Of a stretch of 64,000 bases of DNA, positions 48,257-58,753 are shown one piece after another. Position numbers and translations under genes: made by a program. Position 1 is the stretch's first letter; the number at the start of each line of letters is the position of its first letter. The stretch covers positions 1 to 64,000 of the forward strand of contig JAZGAD010000033.1 in the NCBI GenBank assembly GCA_036444275.1, written 5' to 3'. This stretch comes from Candidatus Hydrothermarchaeales archaeon. GTDB lineage: Archaea; Hydrothermarchaeota; Hydrothermarchaeia; Hydrothermarchaeales; JAZGAD01. The notes under the pieces were generated by a model. The model was not told the DNA's origin, made no database searches, and saw only the letters and a list, made by a program, of their open reading frames with translations.

Positions 48257-49303
48257 TCAAAGAATGTTTTTTATCAGGTCCACTATCCCCTGCGGTCCTG
48301 TCATCATCACATCTCCCATGGGCGTAGGAAACTCTACTCCTAGCTTTGCTCCTACCATTAAGTCACGATTTGGACCAGTTGCAAGAATACGCTTCACGTT
48401 TCCCATGCCAACCGCCTTCTTTACATGGCAACCATGCCCCTCATCATTGAAGACCTCTTCATTGGTCAGCTCCCCATCAGCGAATCTACGTATCATGCCC
48501 TCCAGTTTCTTCCTATCCAAGAGCCAGGTGTGGTGCTCCATAAGCCCCAAGAGCTCGTAGCCCTCACCCACCAACGCAGCCATAGTGTGGCCATTCCCAA
48601 CGTCTATAGCGATAACAGGCCTCTCCTTGACTCCGTGCAGAGCACCCGCGATGGCTGCCACTTTAGTATCCACGACGAAGGCCCGGCCTTGGAAGAATCT
48701 CCTCACGGTTCTCAGGGCACCGTTCATCCTAGTAAAATAGCTAGGTGGCTCCTCATACAAGAAATCCTGGAGTTTGGCTCCCTTCTCCAGGGCCTCTCTA
48801 AACTTCTCAAATCTGAACTCTCTATCGGACTTTCCCTCGGCGTAGCCATGATCCTGGACTGCAATGCCCAGACAGTCAAAATCGTATTCACCTATCTCAG
48901 AAAGTAATTGGCAGAGCAGATCGAGATCCACATCTCTAGTCTCAAGGGTATAGAAACCCTCTCCCTCGTTCTCGCCTTTAGCTATCTCGACCCCCATCTC
49001 TGATACTTCCTTCAGGTTGTCCCTCAGGCTCTTTGCAGCCCTAGGCGTCATCCTCACGGTATAGCCCTTCTTTAAGTGCTCCGAGACAGCCATGGTCAAG
49101 GGGCCACCACCCATGGTCTCACCATGTAGGAATACATCGCCTTTGACCTCTTGAATCTTCTTAGCCAGGACCCGGGTCATGGCAGGAAGCACAAACTTGA
49201 TGTTGTTCTCCGGGTTCTTAGAATCATCATAGAGCAGGAGATCTTGAGTGCCTACTCCAACGTCTATGGCGAGGATCCTATGCGCAAGCATGAAAAAACT
49301 CAT
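48257..49303 (-). CDS. DUF1786-family (ASKHA-like) protein
   Basis: IDVGVGTQD, MGGGP, AVQDHG, GNGHT, EHHT, GHGC. Confidence 0.85.
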   Translation of the reverse strand: MSFFMLAHRILAIDVGVGTQDLLLYDDSKNPENNIKFVLPAMTRVLAKKIQEVKGDVFLHGETMGGGPLTMAVSEHLKKGYTVRMTPRAAKSLRDNLKEVSEMGVEIAKGENEGEGFYTLETRDVDLDLLCQLLSEIGEYDFDCLGIAVQDHGYAEGKSDREFRFEKFREALEKGAKLQDFLYEEPPSYFTRMNGALRTVRRFFQGRAFVVDTKVAAIAGALHGVKERPVIAIDVGNGHTMAALVGEGYELLGLMEHHTWLLDRKKLEGMIRRFADGELTNEEVFNDEGHGCHVKKAVGMGNVKRILATGPNRDLMVGAKLGVEFPTPMGDVMMTGPQGIVDLIKNIL

Positions 49304-49330
49304 ATATGCACTATATATTAAAACTCACCT

Positions 49331-51259
49331 ATGGAACTGCGGATAAGGCAAATTTTTAAGCCCTTCGCCATGGTTGCGGCTCTTTTATTGAATAAGACGA
49401 AGCTCTCCATGAAGGCTACTTTCCTCTATTCCCTCCTCATCACTATTCTAGGAGTAGCGTCCTTCTATTTCTTATATGAGGACCCTTGGAATTACGGGCT
49501 GATGCTCCTCTCCATAGCCCTCGTATTCTTGAATGCCTTCTCAGACGAGCTGTCGAGAGAATTCTCTAAACTGAAGAAGCTGAGCGAGCTTGAGAAGGTC
49601 GGCTTACGCCTGCATGGTTATGCTGATGTTCTCTTGATCTTTGCAGCCCTTTACTACCTCAGCCTAGGGGAATATGACCTCGGCGTAGTGAAATTCATGA
49701 AGCTGAATGAATATCTGGCATTAGGCGTGGCTGTCTTCTTAGGCATCTATCTCATGAGCCGTACCAGCAAGCGAAAGGCGAACCCCTGGTTGGAAGCTAG
49801 ATCAGAACGCATGTTCTTCTTGACAGCCTTCATGATTGCCGGCTACACCCACGGTACTTTTCCAGAGTATCTCTTTGTGGGCATAATAAGTTTGGGAGGT
49901 ATCTTATACTTGGGGCTAATACACGGAGCCTATAAGAGCTACGTTCATGAGCACGCAATCGGCTATGACATATGGAAGCTAACTAGGCCTATCAAGTATC
50001 TATCCATGGAGTTCGTCGACTTCTTAACGAGACTCACCCGCATTATCCTTGGTGCAACAAGTAGACTCCAGCGTACTGCAGAAGAGTCGACTGAGGAAGA
50101 AGTTGCCCAAGAAGATGAACAACCCATGTCAGGGCACAATTTTACAGCCCTCGTCACTGATGGAACATCGTCACAGCCAGTGGCCCATGCAAAGGTTATA
50201 TTGAAGAATACTGATAGCAATAAAAAGATTGTGAGGTACACTGATTCCTCAGGGAAAAGTAATTTCTCCAACGTCGTTGAGGGGCAATACAATATCTCTA
50301 TCCAGGTTGAGGGCTTCAAAAAAGAGGAATACGAGAGGTACCTCAGTATGGATTCTGGAGAGTCCTTTACTCTTTCTAAACATTCTTCTGATTTGAGCGT
50401 GGTAGTGACCGATTCTGAGAGGCGCAACCCAATCGGAAGAGCAACTGTCACCTTAGCATTCGAAGGAAATGAGTACGCCTCTAGGACCGATAACTTGGGA
50501 GTCGCATACTTCGGGGAGTTGGAGATAGCACCCTATGATATTACGGTCGACGCAGAGGGTTACCAAACAAGTAAGGGAAAGATAAACCTGGCTGAGGAGA
50601 ATCTCAAAGCCATAGAGCTGGAAAGAATCACGCCCGGCATGGAGATGGATAGACAAGAAGAGCCGAGCATGGAAGAGCGTAGGGTGGAAAAGACAGGAGA
50701 AGAGGACGAGTCAGCTAAGGATAAAGATAAGGCTAAACAGAGAATCACGCAAGTGCTTGGAGAGTCAGCACTCGTGGAATATACTGCATCTAGCAAGGTG
50801 GAAGACGGTATAGCGAAGATCATGGGGGAATGCCTGAACAACGATAGAGATGTCTTCCTAGTTTCATCGCCTCCACGAACAGAGATATACAAGGCTAAAT
50901 TCAAAGAGGAGATACAACAAGGCAAGGTGAAGCTGATTAACCTTGCAGCCATCGGTTCGCCCAGTGAGACAGGAGATATACCTATGACAGATTTGAAGCA
51001 ATTCAAGGCAGTATTCGAGGAGATGTCAGCTGGCAGCGTGATGATCTTCGAGGCGCTGTCTAATTTAATCTTGAGTGCCGGCGGGGTATCGGCGTATAAA
51101 TTCATATCCGAAACAGTAGAACATTTTTCTACTGAGGGGCTATGCGTGGTATGCTTTTTGAGTAAGGAGGCCCACGAGGCCAGGGAGACCTCCAGCTTCA
51201 AGAACCTATTTGTAAACCTCGTGAAAATGGAGGGAGACAAGTTCTCCCTAGGTACATAA
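49331..51259 (+). CDS. Fusion: degenerate CDP-alcohol-transferase-like TM domain, 2 CarboxypepD/CnaB-like beta domains, DUF835-like domain
   Basis: About 6 TMs with RSER motif; TD.SG...F..V.EG.Y.I...EGF repeats; C-terminal IFEALSNLI...YKFI. Confidence 0.6.
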   Translation: MELRIRQIFKPFAMVAALLLNKTKLSMKATFLYSLLITILGVASFYFLYEDPWNYGLMLLSIALVFLNAFSDELSREFSKLKKLSELEKVGLRLHGYADVLLIFAALYYLSLGEYDLGVVKFMKLNEYLALGVAVFLGIYLMSRTSKRKANPWLEARSERMFFLTAFMIAGYTHGTFPEYLFVGIISLGGILYLGLIHGAYKSYVHEHAIGYDIWKLTRPIKYLSMEFVDFLTRLTRIILGATSRLQRTAEESTEEEVAQEDEQPMSGHNFTALVTDGTSSQPVAHAKVILKNTDSNKKIVRYTDSSGKSNFSNVVEGQYNISIQVEGFKKEEYERYLSMDSGESFTLSKHSSDLSVVVTDSERRNPIGRATVTLAFEGNEYASRTDNLGVAYFGELEIAPYDITVDAEGYQTSKGKINLAEENLKAIELERITPGMEMDRQEEPSMEERRVEKTGEEDESAKDKDKAKQRITQVLGESALVEYTASSKVEDGIAKIMGECLNNDRDVFLVSSPPRTEIYKAKFKEEIQQGKVKLINLAAIGSPSETGDIPMTDLKQFKAVFEEMSAGSVMIFEALSNLILSAGGVSAYKFISETVEHFSTEGLCVVCFLSKEAHEARETSSFKNLFVNLVKMEGDKFSLGT

Positions 51260-51326
51260 TAATTCTAGGCGAACCATGGGAAGGGAAGGTCTTCCAATCT
51301 CAAATTTTAAATAGGGAAATAATAGC

Positions 51327-51527
51327 GTGATACGAGTGAGGTCGCTGGAAGTGAAGGTTAATTTCTTCTGCCCGGAGATAGTCAAGATCCAGAACAATAA
51401 CTACAACTTCTTCTGGTGTAGGCTGAAAAACCAGCCTATCGGTCTGGGATGCGAAGGGTGTAGCACTGGGCAGGTGCAGATAGAGCCGAGCGCATCCCCC
51501 GATGTCGCTACAGAAATGAGTTATTAA
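51327..51527 (+). CDS. Small Cys-containing hypothetical protein
   Basis: Four Cys (CP..WC..CEGC); GAGGT upstream of GTG 51351. Confidence 0.4.
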   Translation: MIRVRSLEVKVNFFCPEIVKIQNNNYNFFWCRLKNQPIGLGCEGCSTGQVQIEPSASPDVATEMSY

Positions 51528-51637
51528 TGGCGCATTCGACTTAGGTACACTTTGCATATCACCGGAGCAAGTTGCCTTGACTATGCTATATATAAATTAT
51601 ATAAGGGCATGACTTGCATCAAGATATGGTGATCGCT

Positions 51638-52330
51638 ATGGATGTGAAGACCCTTAGGGAGATCCAGCGGAAGGAACGCATGTCGCCCTATCTTCAGGAA
51701 TTAGGGAAGGATTTCTATAGCGAGTTAGAAGGCTATCTCAAGGGGGTCCGCTCTAACTACCTCGAGGAATCTAAGAAGGGGGAGATATCTAAGCTAAGCA
51801 TTGCCTTGAGTGAGCTTGAAAATATAAAGGCCATAATAAGCGACATCTATGAGACTAGGGAGAAAAAGATCGTATCCAGTGCATTATATTATGTCAGATC
51901 CGAAACGGAAATGGGCCGGGAAAACCTTACAAAGGAAGAGGCGGACATGCTCAAGAAGATTATAGAGGTATTGAGGGAAAAGCGGGCGTCTGTTCTGGAA
52001 AAGGTAGTAGCTGAAAAGGGTTTCACGATCTATCGAGGGGCGAAGGAGAAAGCAGGCGCTACTCCTGTGGTAGAAGCAAAAGTACCCAAGGAGGTTGCTG
52101 AAGTCAAATCAGACAGGGAGGAAAAAGTGGAAGAGGAGGAGCAGATTAAGGCGGTGCAGAGTAAGACCACAGTCAGGATCCTGAAGGACCTTCCATCTAT
52201 AGTGGGGGTAGACGGCCATGTTTACGGCTCCTTTAAACAGGAGGATGTTGTCACTATACCTGAGCCTAACGCCAGGGTATTGATAAACCAAGGGGTTGCT
52301 GAGCAAATAGACGTTGAGGCTGGAAGATAA
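51638..52330 (+). CDS. GINS complex subunit (Gins15/51-like)
   Basis: LREIQRKER, FY, R.KKI, C-terminal B-domain GVDG..YG.F..EDVVT.P..NA. Confidence 0.88.
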   Translation: MDVKTLREIQRKERMSPYLQELGKDFYSELEGYLKGVRSNYLEESKKGEISKLSIALSELENIKAIISDIYETREKKIVSSALYYVRSETEMGRENLTKEEADMLKKIIEVLREKRASVLEKVVAEKGFTIYRGAKEKAGATPVVEAKVPKEVAEVKSDREEKVEEEEQIKAVQSKTTVRILKDLPSIVGVDGHVYGSFKQEDVVTIPEPNARVLINQGVAEQIDVEAGR

Positions 52331-52632
52331 TTTTATAGCCGACGTTATGCGATCCGTATAATCTATTTATAGCTTAACAGGCAGCTGGTTGATTCAAGTC
52401 ACTTCTACAAAGAAAGAGTATACAGTACTGCAGTACGATGCAAGGTAAGGTTTTTAAGCATAGCGGAGACCAAATGAAGACTAATTGATCCTTAGAGATG
52501 TGATATGCTTAAGCAGAACTAGAATGGACAGACACATCAACTGTGCCCCGTCTAGGTACAGTGTTTAGCGGTAGACTGTAAGTAACGTTTATAAACATAG
52601 CTTTAGAAATGAGGTTCTTTCAAGGTGAAGTT

Positions 52633-52914
52633 ATGAAGATCCCCAGTGAACGTAGGACTTATTGTCCGACTTGCAAGAAGCACACCCTGCATGAACTACT
52701 CAGGGTTAAGAAGCGGAAGGCCAGTGAACTCAAGGCAGGCCAAAGGCAATTCAGAAGGGTGATGAAGGGCTACGGTGGTTTCCCTAGGCCGCAACTTAGT
52801 GGGGCTGGAAAACCCAGCAAGAAGACCAGTTTAATCCTTCGCTGCAAGGAGTGTAAGAAAGCAAGGAGCCTACAGGGATTCAGGACAAAGAAGTTAGAAA
52901 TTATAGAGGCATAG
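52633..52914 (+). CDS. rpl44e: 50S ribosomal protein L44e
   Basis: [25 protein letters not shown]. Confidence 0.95.
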   Translation: MKIPSERRTYCPTCKKHTLHELLRVKKRKASELKAGQRQFRRVMKGYGGFPRPQLSGAGKPSKKTSLILRCKECKKARSLQGFRTKKLEIIEA

Positions 52915-52916
52915 AT

Positions 52917-53108
52917 ATGCACTCAGAAGAGATACCCCATCCAAAGAGTAGATTCCTAAGGCTGAGATGCACTGACTGCGGTAATGAGCAGGTTGCCTTC
53001 GGCAATGCATCCAGCATAGTTAGGTGTCTTGTCTGCGGAAAAACATTGATCAAGCCGCGGGGTGGAAAGGCAGAGATATTGACCAAGATCATAGGGGTCC
53101 TAGAGTAG
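52917..53108 (+). CDS. rps27e: 30S ribosomal protein S27e
   Basis: SRFL..RC.DCGNEQ, C..CG..L..P.GGKA. Confidence 0.95.
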   Translation: MHSEEIPHPKSRFLRLRCTDCGNEQVAFGNASSIVRCLVCGKTLIKPRGGKAEILTKIIGVLE

Positions 53109-53136
53109 AGTAGCATAGTCTATGGGTGGGATTTAG

Positions 53137-53949
53137 ATGGTGTTTAAGAGACAGAAGATGCCTGGCGAAAACGACTTAGTGATCTGCACCATATCCAAAG
53201 TATTCTCGCATGGTGCCTTCGCTAGGCTCGATGAATATGAGGACAGAGAAGGCTTTATCCATATTTCTGAAGTGGCATCCACCTGGATCAAGAACATAAG
53301 GGACTTCGTCAAGAAGGGTCAAAAAACCGTTGTAAAAGTGCTCAGTGTGGATCTCCAGAAGGGACACATCGACCTGTCCCTTCGCCGTGTGGGAGAGACC
53401 CAAAAGAAGACAAGGATGCAGGAGTGGAAGAGGGCTCAAAAGGCAGATAAGCTCCTTGAGTTGGCTGCAAAGGAGATGGGAAAGGAAGTGAAAGAGGCAT
53501 ATCGCGAAGTGGGATTCAAGTTGGAGAACAAATACGGAGAGGTCTACGCCGGCTTCGAGGAGATATCCATATCAGGGGAGGAAATCCTAAAGGAGCTGGA
53601 GATACCTCCTGAGTGGTTCAAGCCCATAATCACCCTTGCCCAGGAGAATGTTACAATACCCAGTGTGGATATAACTGGTTACCTTGATCTAAAGTGCTCC
53701 CTGCCTAACGGTGTAGATATCATCAAGGAGGCCCTCTTGAAAGCTAGGAAGGATGCAGAGGATAGGAAGGAGACAGACGATATAAAGCTGGATGTAGTAT
53801 ACACCAAGTCTCCGAGGTTCAGTGTCACTGTGTTTGCCCCGGATTATAAGGTCGCAGAGGAGGCTCTCAAGGAATATGCCGATAAGGCGATAGAGATAAT
53901 CACCACCCATGGTGGAACCGGCCAATTCGTAAGGGAAAAGACAAAATAG
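53137..53949 (+). CDS. eif2a: Translation initiation factor aIF2 alpha
   Basis: S1 domain GFIHISEVA..WIKNIRD, IDLSLRRV, APDYK.AE. Confidence 0.95.
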   Translation: MVFKRQKMPGENDLVICTISKVFSHGAFARLDEYEDREGFIHISEVASTWIKNIRDFVKKGQKTVVKVLSVDLQKGHIDLSLRRVGETQKKTRMQEWKRAQKADKLLELAAKEMGKEVKEAYREVGFKLENKYGEVYAGFEEISISGEEILKELEIPPEWFKPIITLAQENVTIPSVDITGYLDLKCSLPNGVDIIKEALLKARKDAEDRKETDDIKLDVVYTKSPRFSVTVFAPDYKVAEEALKEYADKAIEIITTHGGTGQFVREKTK

Positions 53950-53981
53950 AAGAAGAGATGCTTCAGTAGAAGGCAAGAGAA

Positions 53982-54149
53982 ATGAAACTCAGGTACTGCA
54001 AGCTCTGTAGGATCTACACGCTTGCTGAGGCCTGTAGGGAATGTGGAGCGCCTACAACTACGCCGCATCCCGCAAGATTCTCACCTGAGGATCCTTACGG
54101 GAAGTACAGAAGAAAATTGAAGCTGGAGTTGCTGAGTAAGGCAAAATGA
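53982..54149 (+). CDS. nop10: H/ACA RNP protein Nop10
   Basis: C..C..YTL...C..CG...HPARFSPEDPYGKYRR; not in ORF track. Confidence 0.93.
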   Translation: MKLRYCKLCRIYTLAEACRECGAPTTTPHPARFSPEDPYGKYRRKLKLELLSKAK

Positions 54150-54173
54150 AGTGGAAAGAAAAGAGGGCTTGAG

Positions 54174-54956
54174 ATGGACTTTGATTTAAAGATAACTAGG
54201 GAGCCAAAGGTGAAAAATCCTGTCCTGATCGAAGGACTTCCAGGCATAGGACACGTAGGAAGGCTTGCCGCCAGGCATCTAGTCATAGAGCTGAGGGCAA
54301 AGAAGTTTGGAATCTTGCACTCTGACCATTTCCCACCTCAAGTCTTGATCGGGGAGAACGGGATAATACAGACTATGAAGAATGAGTTCTATTACTGGAA
54401 AGCTGAGAAGAAAAATCAGAAGGACCTCATCTTAGTTATAGGCAATACCCAGAGCGCCAGTAGTGAGGGTCAGTATATGCTCAGCAAACAAATCCTAGAT
54501 GTCGCTGGCAAATACTCACCTGAATCCATCTTCACCCTTGGGGGCTTGGGCATTGGCAAAGTGGTGGAGAAGCCTAAAGTATTCGGAGCTGTTACCCACA
54601 AGAAGTTTATCCCTGAACTCGAGAGATTGGGTGTAACAGTAAGTAGGGACGGCATGGGCCAGATCATAGGTGTATCAGGCCTGCTCTTGGCAATGGCTAG
54701 GCTACGGGGCCTAGATGGGGCCTGTCTGATGGGAGAGACCTCCGGCTTCTATATAGACCCGAATTCCGCCAAGGCCGTATTAAAAGTCCTCTGCGGGCTT
54801 CTCAACGTAGAGGTGGATATGAAGAACCTCACGAAGAAGGCGAGAGTAGCGAAGAAACGTGTGGCAGAGGCTCAGCGTATGGAAAAGAAGATGATGGAAG
54901 ACTTGGGCATGATTCACCGAGAGCCCAGCGCAGAGGAAATGCGATACATAGGATAG
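54174..54956 (+). CDS. Proteasome assembly chaperone PAC2 family
   Basis: EGLPGIGHVG, FPPQV, TLGG, LMGETSG, C-terminal YIG. Confidence 0.92.
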   Translation: MDFDLKITREPKVKNPVLIEGLPGIGHVGRLAARHLVIELRAKKFGILHSDHFPPQVLIGENGIIQTMKNEFYYWKAEKKNQKDLILVIGNTQSASSEGQYMLSKQILDVAGKYSPESIFTLGGLGIGKVVEKPKVFGAVTHKKFIPELERLGVTVSRDGMGQIIGVSGLLLAMARLRGLDGACLMGETSGFYIDPNSAKAVLKVLCGLLNVEVDMKNLTKKARVAKKRVAEAQRMEKKMMEDLGMIHREPSAEEMRYIG

Positions 54957-54969
54957 AATTGGTGATGCT

Positions 54970-55401
54970 ATGATAGATGAAGTTGGATCTAAAGACTTTA
55001 GAATTCGAGTCTCAACAGTGAGGGCCATAATGAGCAGGAATGTAGATACCCTCCCAACTGAAGCCTATGTCATCGAGGCGATAAAAAAGATGTTTGATAA
55101 AAAAATAGGGAGCATAGTAATCGTCGAGGGTGCGAAGATGGTGGGCATACTTTCAGAACGTGATTTGGTGTACAAGCTATACTTAAGAGCGGATAATCCG
55201 GTGTCTGTAAAAGTTACGGAAATCATGTCCAAGGATCCAGTTAGTATCTCCCCTGATGAAAGCATCCTGGACGCTGCAGTCCTTATGCAAAAGAGGGGTT
55301 TCAGAAGGCTACCGGTGCTAGAGAATAATAGGCTAGTAGGCTTTATAACCCAATCAGACTTACTGAAAGCCATGGTATCAGGAATTTCTAGGTTCGAGTA
55401 A
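54970..55401 (+). CDS. CBS-pair protein
   Basis: Two CBS motifs (GILSERD; RRLPV..GFIT..D). Confidence 0.88.
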   Translation: MIDEVGSKDFRIRVSTVRAIMSRNVDTLPTEAYVIEAIKKMFDKKIGSIVIVEGAKMVGILSERDLVYKLYLRADNPVSVKVTEIMSKDPVSISPDESILDAAVLMQKRGFRRLPVLENNRLVGFITQSDLLKAMVSGISRFE

Positions 55402-55584
55402 AACTGGTATTTCTCCTACTTTTACGCTCAATTTCAATCTTCCTACAGTACAACTCCCCGCGAATATTGGCGAATAAAGAAATCCTCAATTACACGATAA
55501 AATATATAGTAGCGCATAACAGTGGCGGTTGCCCGCCATAACTATTTATACCGGGAGGTAACACTTTATATCAGGAGGTAAGCC

Positions 55585-55827
55585 ATGGCCATGGATGAAC
55601 TTACCATGCTCAGTTTCGTGGGGATCTATTTGCTGCTCCTCGGCAACTTCGTCTACAACTTCTATCTGAGCAAGAGGACATACCATATCTTGGAAAGCAT
55701 AGGAGAGGTTATAGCTCTAACCGCGGACATTCCGAAACGTGCTATGGAGCTAGAGGAAACCAAGAGCAAGGGAACTATGAAGAGACTGATAGAAGAGGGC
55801 ATGGAACTGGAGAAGCAAGGAGAATAG
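55585..55827 (+). CDS. Small single-TM hypothetical protein
   Basis: Strong GGAGGT RBS; N-terminal TM. Confidence 0.65.
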   Translation: MAMDELTMLSFVGIYLLLLGNFVYNFYLSKRTYHILESIGEVIALTADIPKRAMELEETKSKGTMKRLIEEGMELEKQGE

Positions 55828-55930
55828 AACTCCAACTAGTCATATTAATAATAACAACACTAAAAATCCTTCTTCATGAGTGGATTTTTCGGTATATATC
55901 CCGTGAAGCGACCACCTCACACCACTTTTG

Positions 55931-57343
55931 CTAGTTAGACACGGCGTATTTTCTCTCTTTGAGGACGAACTCATCGTGCAGTCCTTTAGCTGCTCCTTTG
56001 GCGTCTCGAAGATCGACGACGAAGGAGATGTTCGCTTCAGATGAACCCTGAGATATCATGATAATATTCGAACCTGCTTTTGCAACTGCTGTGAATACCC
56101 TGGCAGCCACACCCTTGGCGCCACGCATGCCTGCCCCTATCACCGCTATCACTGCCACATCTTTCTCGCAGCGAACATCCTTTATAATATTGCGGCCGGC
56201 GAATTCCTGAGATATCGTCTTGGTTGCTTTATCCATATCGCTCTTTTCCACAACCACTGAGATGTTCACTTCAGATGAACCCTGAGATATCATGATAATA
56301 TTCACCCTTTCTTTAGCTAGTGCCGTAAAGACCCTGGCGGCTACACCAGGCACGCCTATCATGCCTATTCCCTCAATAGTGAGCAGGGCGACATTCTTCA
56401 TTACACTGACCGCTTTCACTATGTCGGCGATCTCCTTCTGTCGCTTAACTATCAACGTACCCGGATTCTCTGGTTTGAAGGTATTCCTAACCCTCACAGG
56501 TATCCCAGCTTCCATAGCAGGCTCTATAGTCTTGGGATGCAGGACTCTCCCCCCGAAATACGCCAGCTCAGCTGCCTCAGCATATGACATAACATCTATC
56601 ACTCTCGCTTCCTTTACCAACTTGGGGTCAGTACTCATTATTCCATCCACGTCAGTCCAGATCCAGATTTCATCTACATCAAGGGCAGCCCCTAGTAGGG
56701 CCGCTGAATAATCAGAGCCCCCTCTACCCAGGGTGGTTGTCCTACCCTTCTTGTCTCCTGCTATAAATCCAGTTACCACTGGGATGCATGCCTCCATCTT
56801 CGGCTTCAACACTTTTTTCGCCTTCTTCGTAGTCAAATCCCAAATGACTTTCGCATTCCCGAAATTTGAGTCAGTGATAATGCCGGCCTCAAAGCCTGTA
56901 AGCCACATGGATTTTATGCCTGTACTATTAAGTGCCCCTGCTATGATGGGTGCCGACAAGCGTTCCCCGAAAGACAGAATGTAGTCCAGAGACAGAGGAG
57001 TGAGCTCTCCAACGTAGGATACACCTACTAGAACCTTCTCCAGCTCAGCGCATAGGCGGCCTATCTCGATTATAGCGGCCTCTTGGTCCGTACTTATGGT
57101 TTCCTTTATCATCGCCAGGTGCTCTTCCCTGAGATCCCCAGTGAACCTCTTAATTTCTTCCTCCGAGGCACCAGCGGCAACCTTGTTGCTCATCTTTATC
57201 AGCATATCAGTAACGCTAGCCGTAGCAGAGGCTACCACTAGGGTTTCTCCAACCCTATGCTCCCTGACAAGCTCCGCTACCCTTCGTATCTTCCTACCGC
57301 TAGCTATAGAGGTACCTCCGAATTTCATCACCAGCTTATCCAT
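55931..57343 (-). CDS. lysC: Aspartate kinase with two ACT domains
   Basis: KFGGTS, SFGERLS, LGRGGSD, WTDVDG, ISQGSSE twice. Confidence 0.95.
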   Translation of the reverse strand: MDKLVMKFGGTSIASGRKIRRVAELVREHRVGETLVVASATASVTDMLIKMSNKVAAGASEEEIKRFTGDLREEHLAMIKETISTDQEAAIIEIGRLCAELEKVLVGVSYVGELTPLSLDYILSFGERLSAPIIAGALNSTGIKSMWLTGFEAGIITDSNFGNAKVIWDLTTKKAKKVLKPKMEACIPVVTGFIAGDKKGRTTTLGRGGSDYSAALLGAALDVDEIWIWTDVDGIMSTDPKLVKEARVIDVMSYAEAAELAYFGGRVLHPKTIEPAMEAGIPVRVRNTFKPENPGTLIVKRQKEIADIVKAVSVMKNVALLTIEGIGMIGVPGVAARVFTALAKERVNIIMISQGSSEVNISVVVEKSDMDKATKTISQEFAGRNIIKDVRCEKDVAVIAVIGAGMRGAKGVAARVFTAVAKAGSNIIMISQGSSEANISFVVDLRDAKGAAKGLHDEFVLKERKYAVSN

Positions 57344-57814
57344 ATACCTCCCTCTCAAATACTGGTTCCTTATTTAACCTTTCCCTTGAGAGTGGCTTTG
57401 CACCCAAATACTAGATTTCGTGTTAATAAAAGTGCAAAATAAGCTTTGCTACTAATCTCTCTTTTTCAGCGTACTTTAAGAGTAAATAGCGACTTTGATA
57501 GTAGAATATTTATAATATGAACGCTAATATACTACGTAAGAATGAAGCTTTCTCAGAATTATAGGGGGTGGGAAAAGAAGGTTTGCCCATATGTTCATGT
57601 AACCATAAGCCTAATATATGCAGTATAGAGTGTTGGAACTACAAAATGAGCTTTAAATCAAAAACTTTATATGTATCCACTCTGCTAAATCTAGGTCTAA
57701 GAATGATTAAAGATAGACGGAGGTCTAGTGAGGTTATGCTGGGTATAGCGGGACTATTCTATATTTTTATGACCTCATCTCACTTCCAAACACCCCTTAG
57801 GAGGTTATGTTTCG

Positions 57815-58753
57815 ATGGTACCCATTAGAGTGGCTGTTTTAGGGCCGGCAGGAACATACACAGAAAAAGTAGCTCAAGAGAAATGGAAAAACCCTGCGCT
57901 ACATTATTGTGAAAACATACCTAAAGTATTCAAATACATGGCTGATGGGGAGGCAGAGTATGGAATCGTTCCCATTGAAGACTCAGCAGAAGGAGATGTC
58001 AACATCACCCTCGATTTACTCAGGGATTACGATTTTTATATAGTAGGAGAATCATTTACTGAAGTAACCCATACTTTGCTCGGAAAAAAAGACGAAAAAA
58101 CCCTTAAAAAAATTGGGTCTCATCCACAAGCATTAGCACATTGTCGGAAGTATTTGGAGATATCTTTTCCAGATATAGAGCAGGAACTTGAGCCGAGTAC
58201 AGCCTTTGCAGCAAAAAAAGCTTCAATGGATGTTACTTATGGAGCGATTGCTGATGAAAGAAATGCTGGAATTTATGGTTTGACGGTGTTAGCTAGAGAA
58301 ATTCACGACTGGGGAAGTAATTTAACTAGATTCATTACTATTGCACCAAAACCTATAACACCAACTGGCCGAGCCAAAACATCAATTATAGTTTACCCTC
58401 GTGATGACAAGCCTGGGCAGCTCTTCAGTGTTTTAAAAGAATTTTCAGAAAGAGAAATCAATCTAACTAAAATTGTATCACGTCCTTCAAGAGGACGGAT
58501 AGAGGAGAATGTTTTTTATATCGATTTTGAAGGTAACCAAACAGATTCGGATATAAAAAGTGTGTTAGAGAATATTGAGAACCTAGATACGATTAGTGCA
58601 ATTAGGATATTTGGGTCATATCCATATAGTCCTCCAGATTCTAAGCCTAAAGAAGTCGTGGAAACTGTAAAGGAACCAGAATCTGCAACTCTTTTTGCCC
58701 GACCGTTCGAGTTTTGGGACAATCCAGAGGACAAAATTTATGAGTCGTTATAG
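57815..58753 (+). CDS. pheA: Prephenate dehydratase-ACT with about 40-aa antitoxin-like C-terminal tail
   Basis: LGPAGTYTE, PIEDS.EG, SHPQALAHC, N.TRF, NLTKI.SRP, F.IDFEG, GSYP; tail ...PFEFWDNPEDKIYESL. Confidence 0.85.
   Translation: MVPIRVAVLGPAGTYTEKVAQEKWKNPALHYCENIPKVFKYMADGEAEYGIVPIEDSAEGDVNITLDLLRDYDFYIVGESFTEVTHTLLGKKDEKTLKKIGSHPQALAHCRKYLEISFPDIEQELEPSTAFAAKKASMDVTYGAIADERNAGIYGLTVLAREIHDWGSNLTRFITIAPKPITPTGRAKTSIIVYPRDDKPGQLFSVLKEFSEREINLTKIVSRPSRGRIEENVFYIDFEGNQTDSDIKSVLENIENLDTISAIRIFGSYPYSPPDSKPKEVVETVKEPESATLFARPFEFWDNPEDKIYESL

Noticed and set aside
52331-52608. Possible tRNA or C/D-box sRNA between gins and rpl44e
   Set aside because: No cloverleaf; the box C-like ATGAAGA has no CTGA box D.
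57568-57828. 86-aa ORF upstream of pheA as the missing antitoxin
   Set aside because: No RBS or antitoxin features, and it spans the probable promoter and RBS of pheA.
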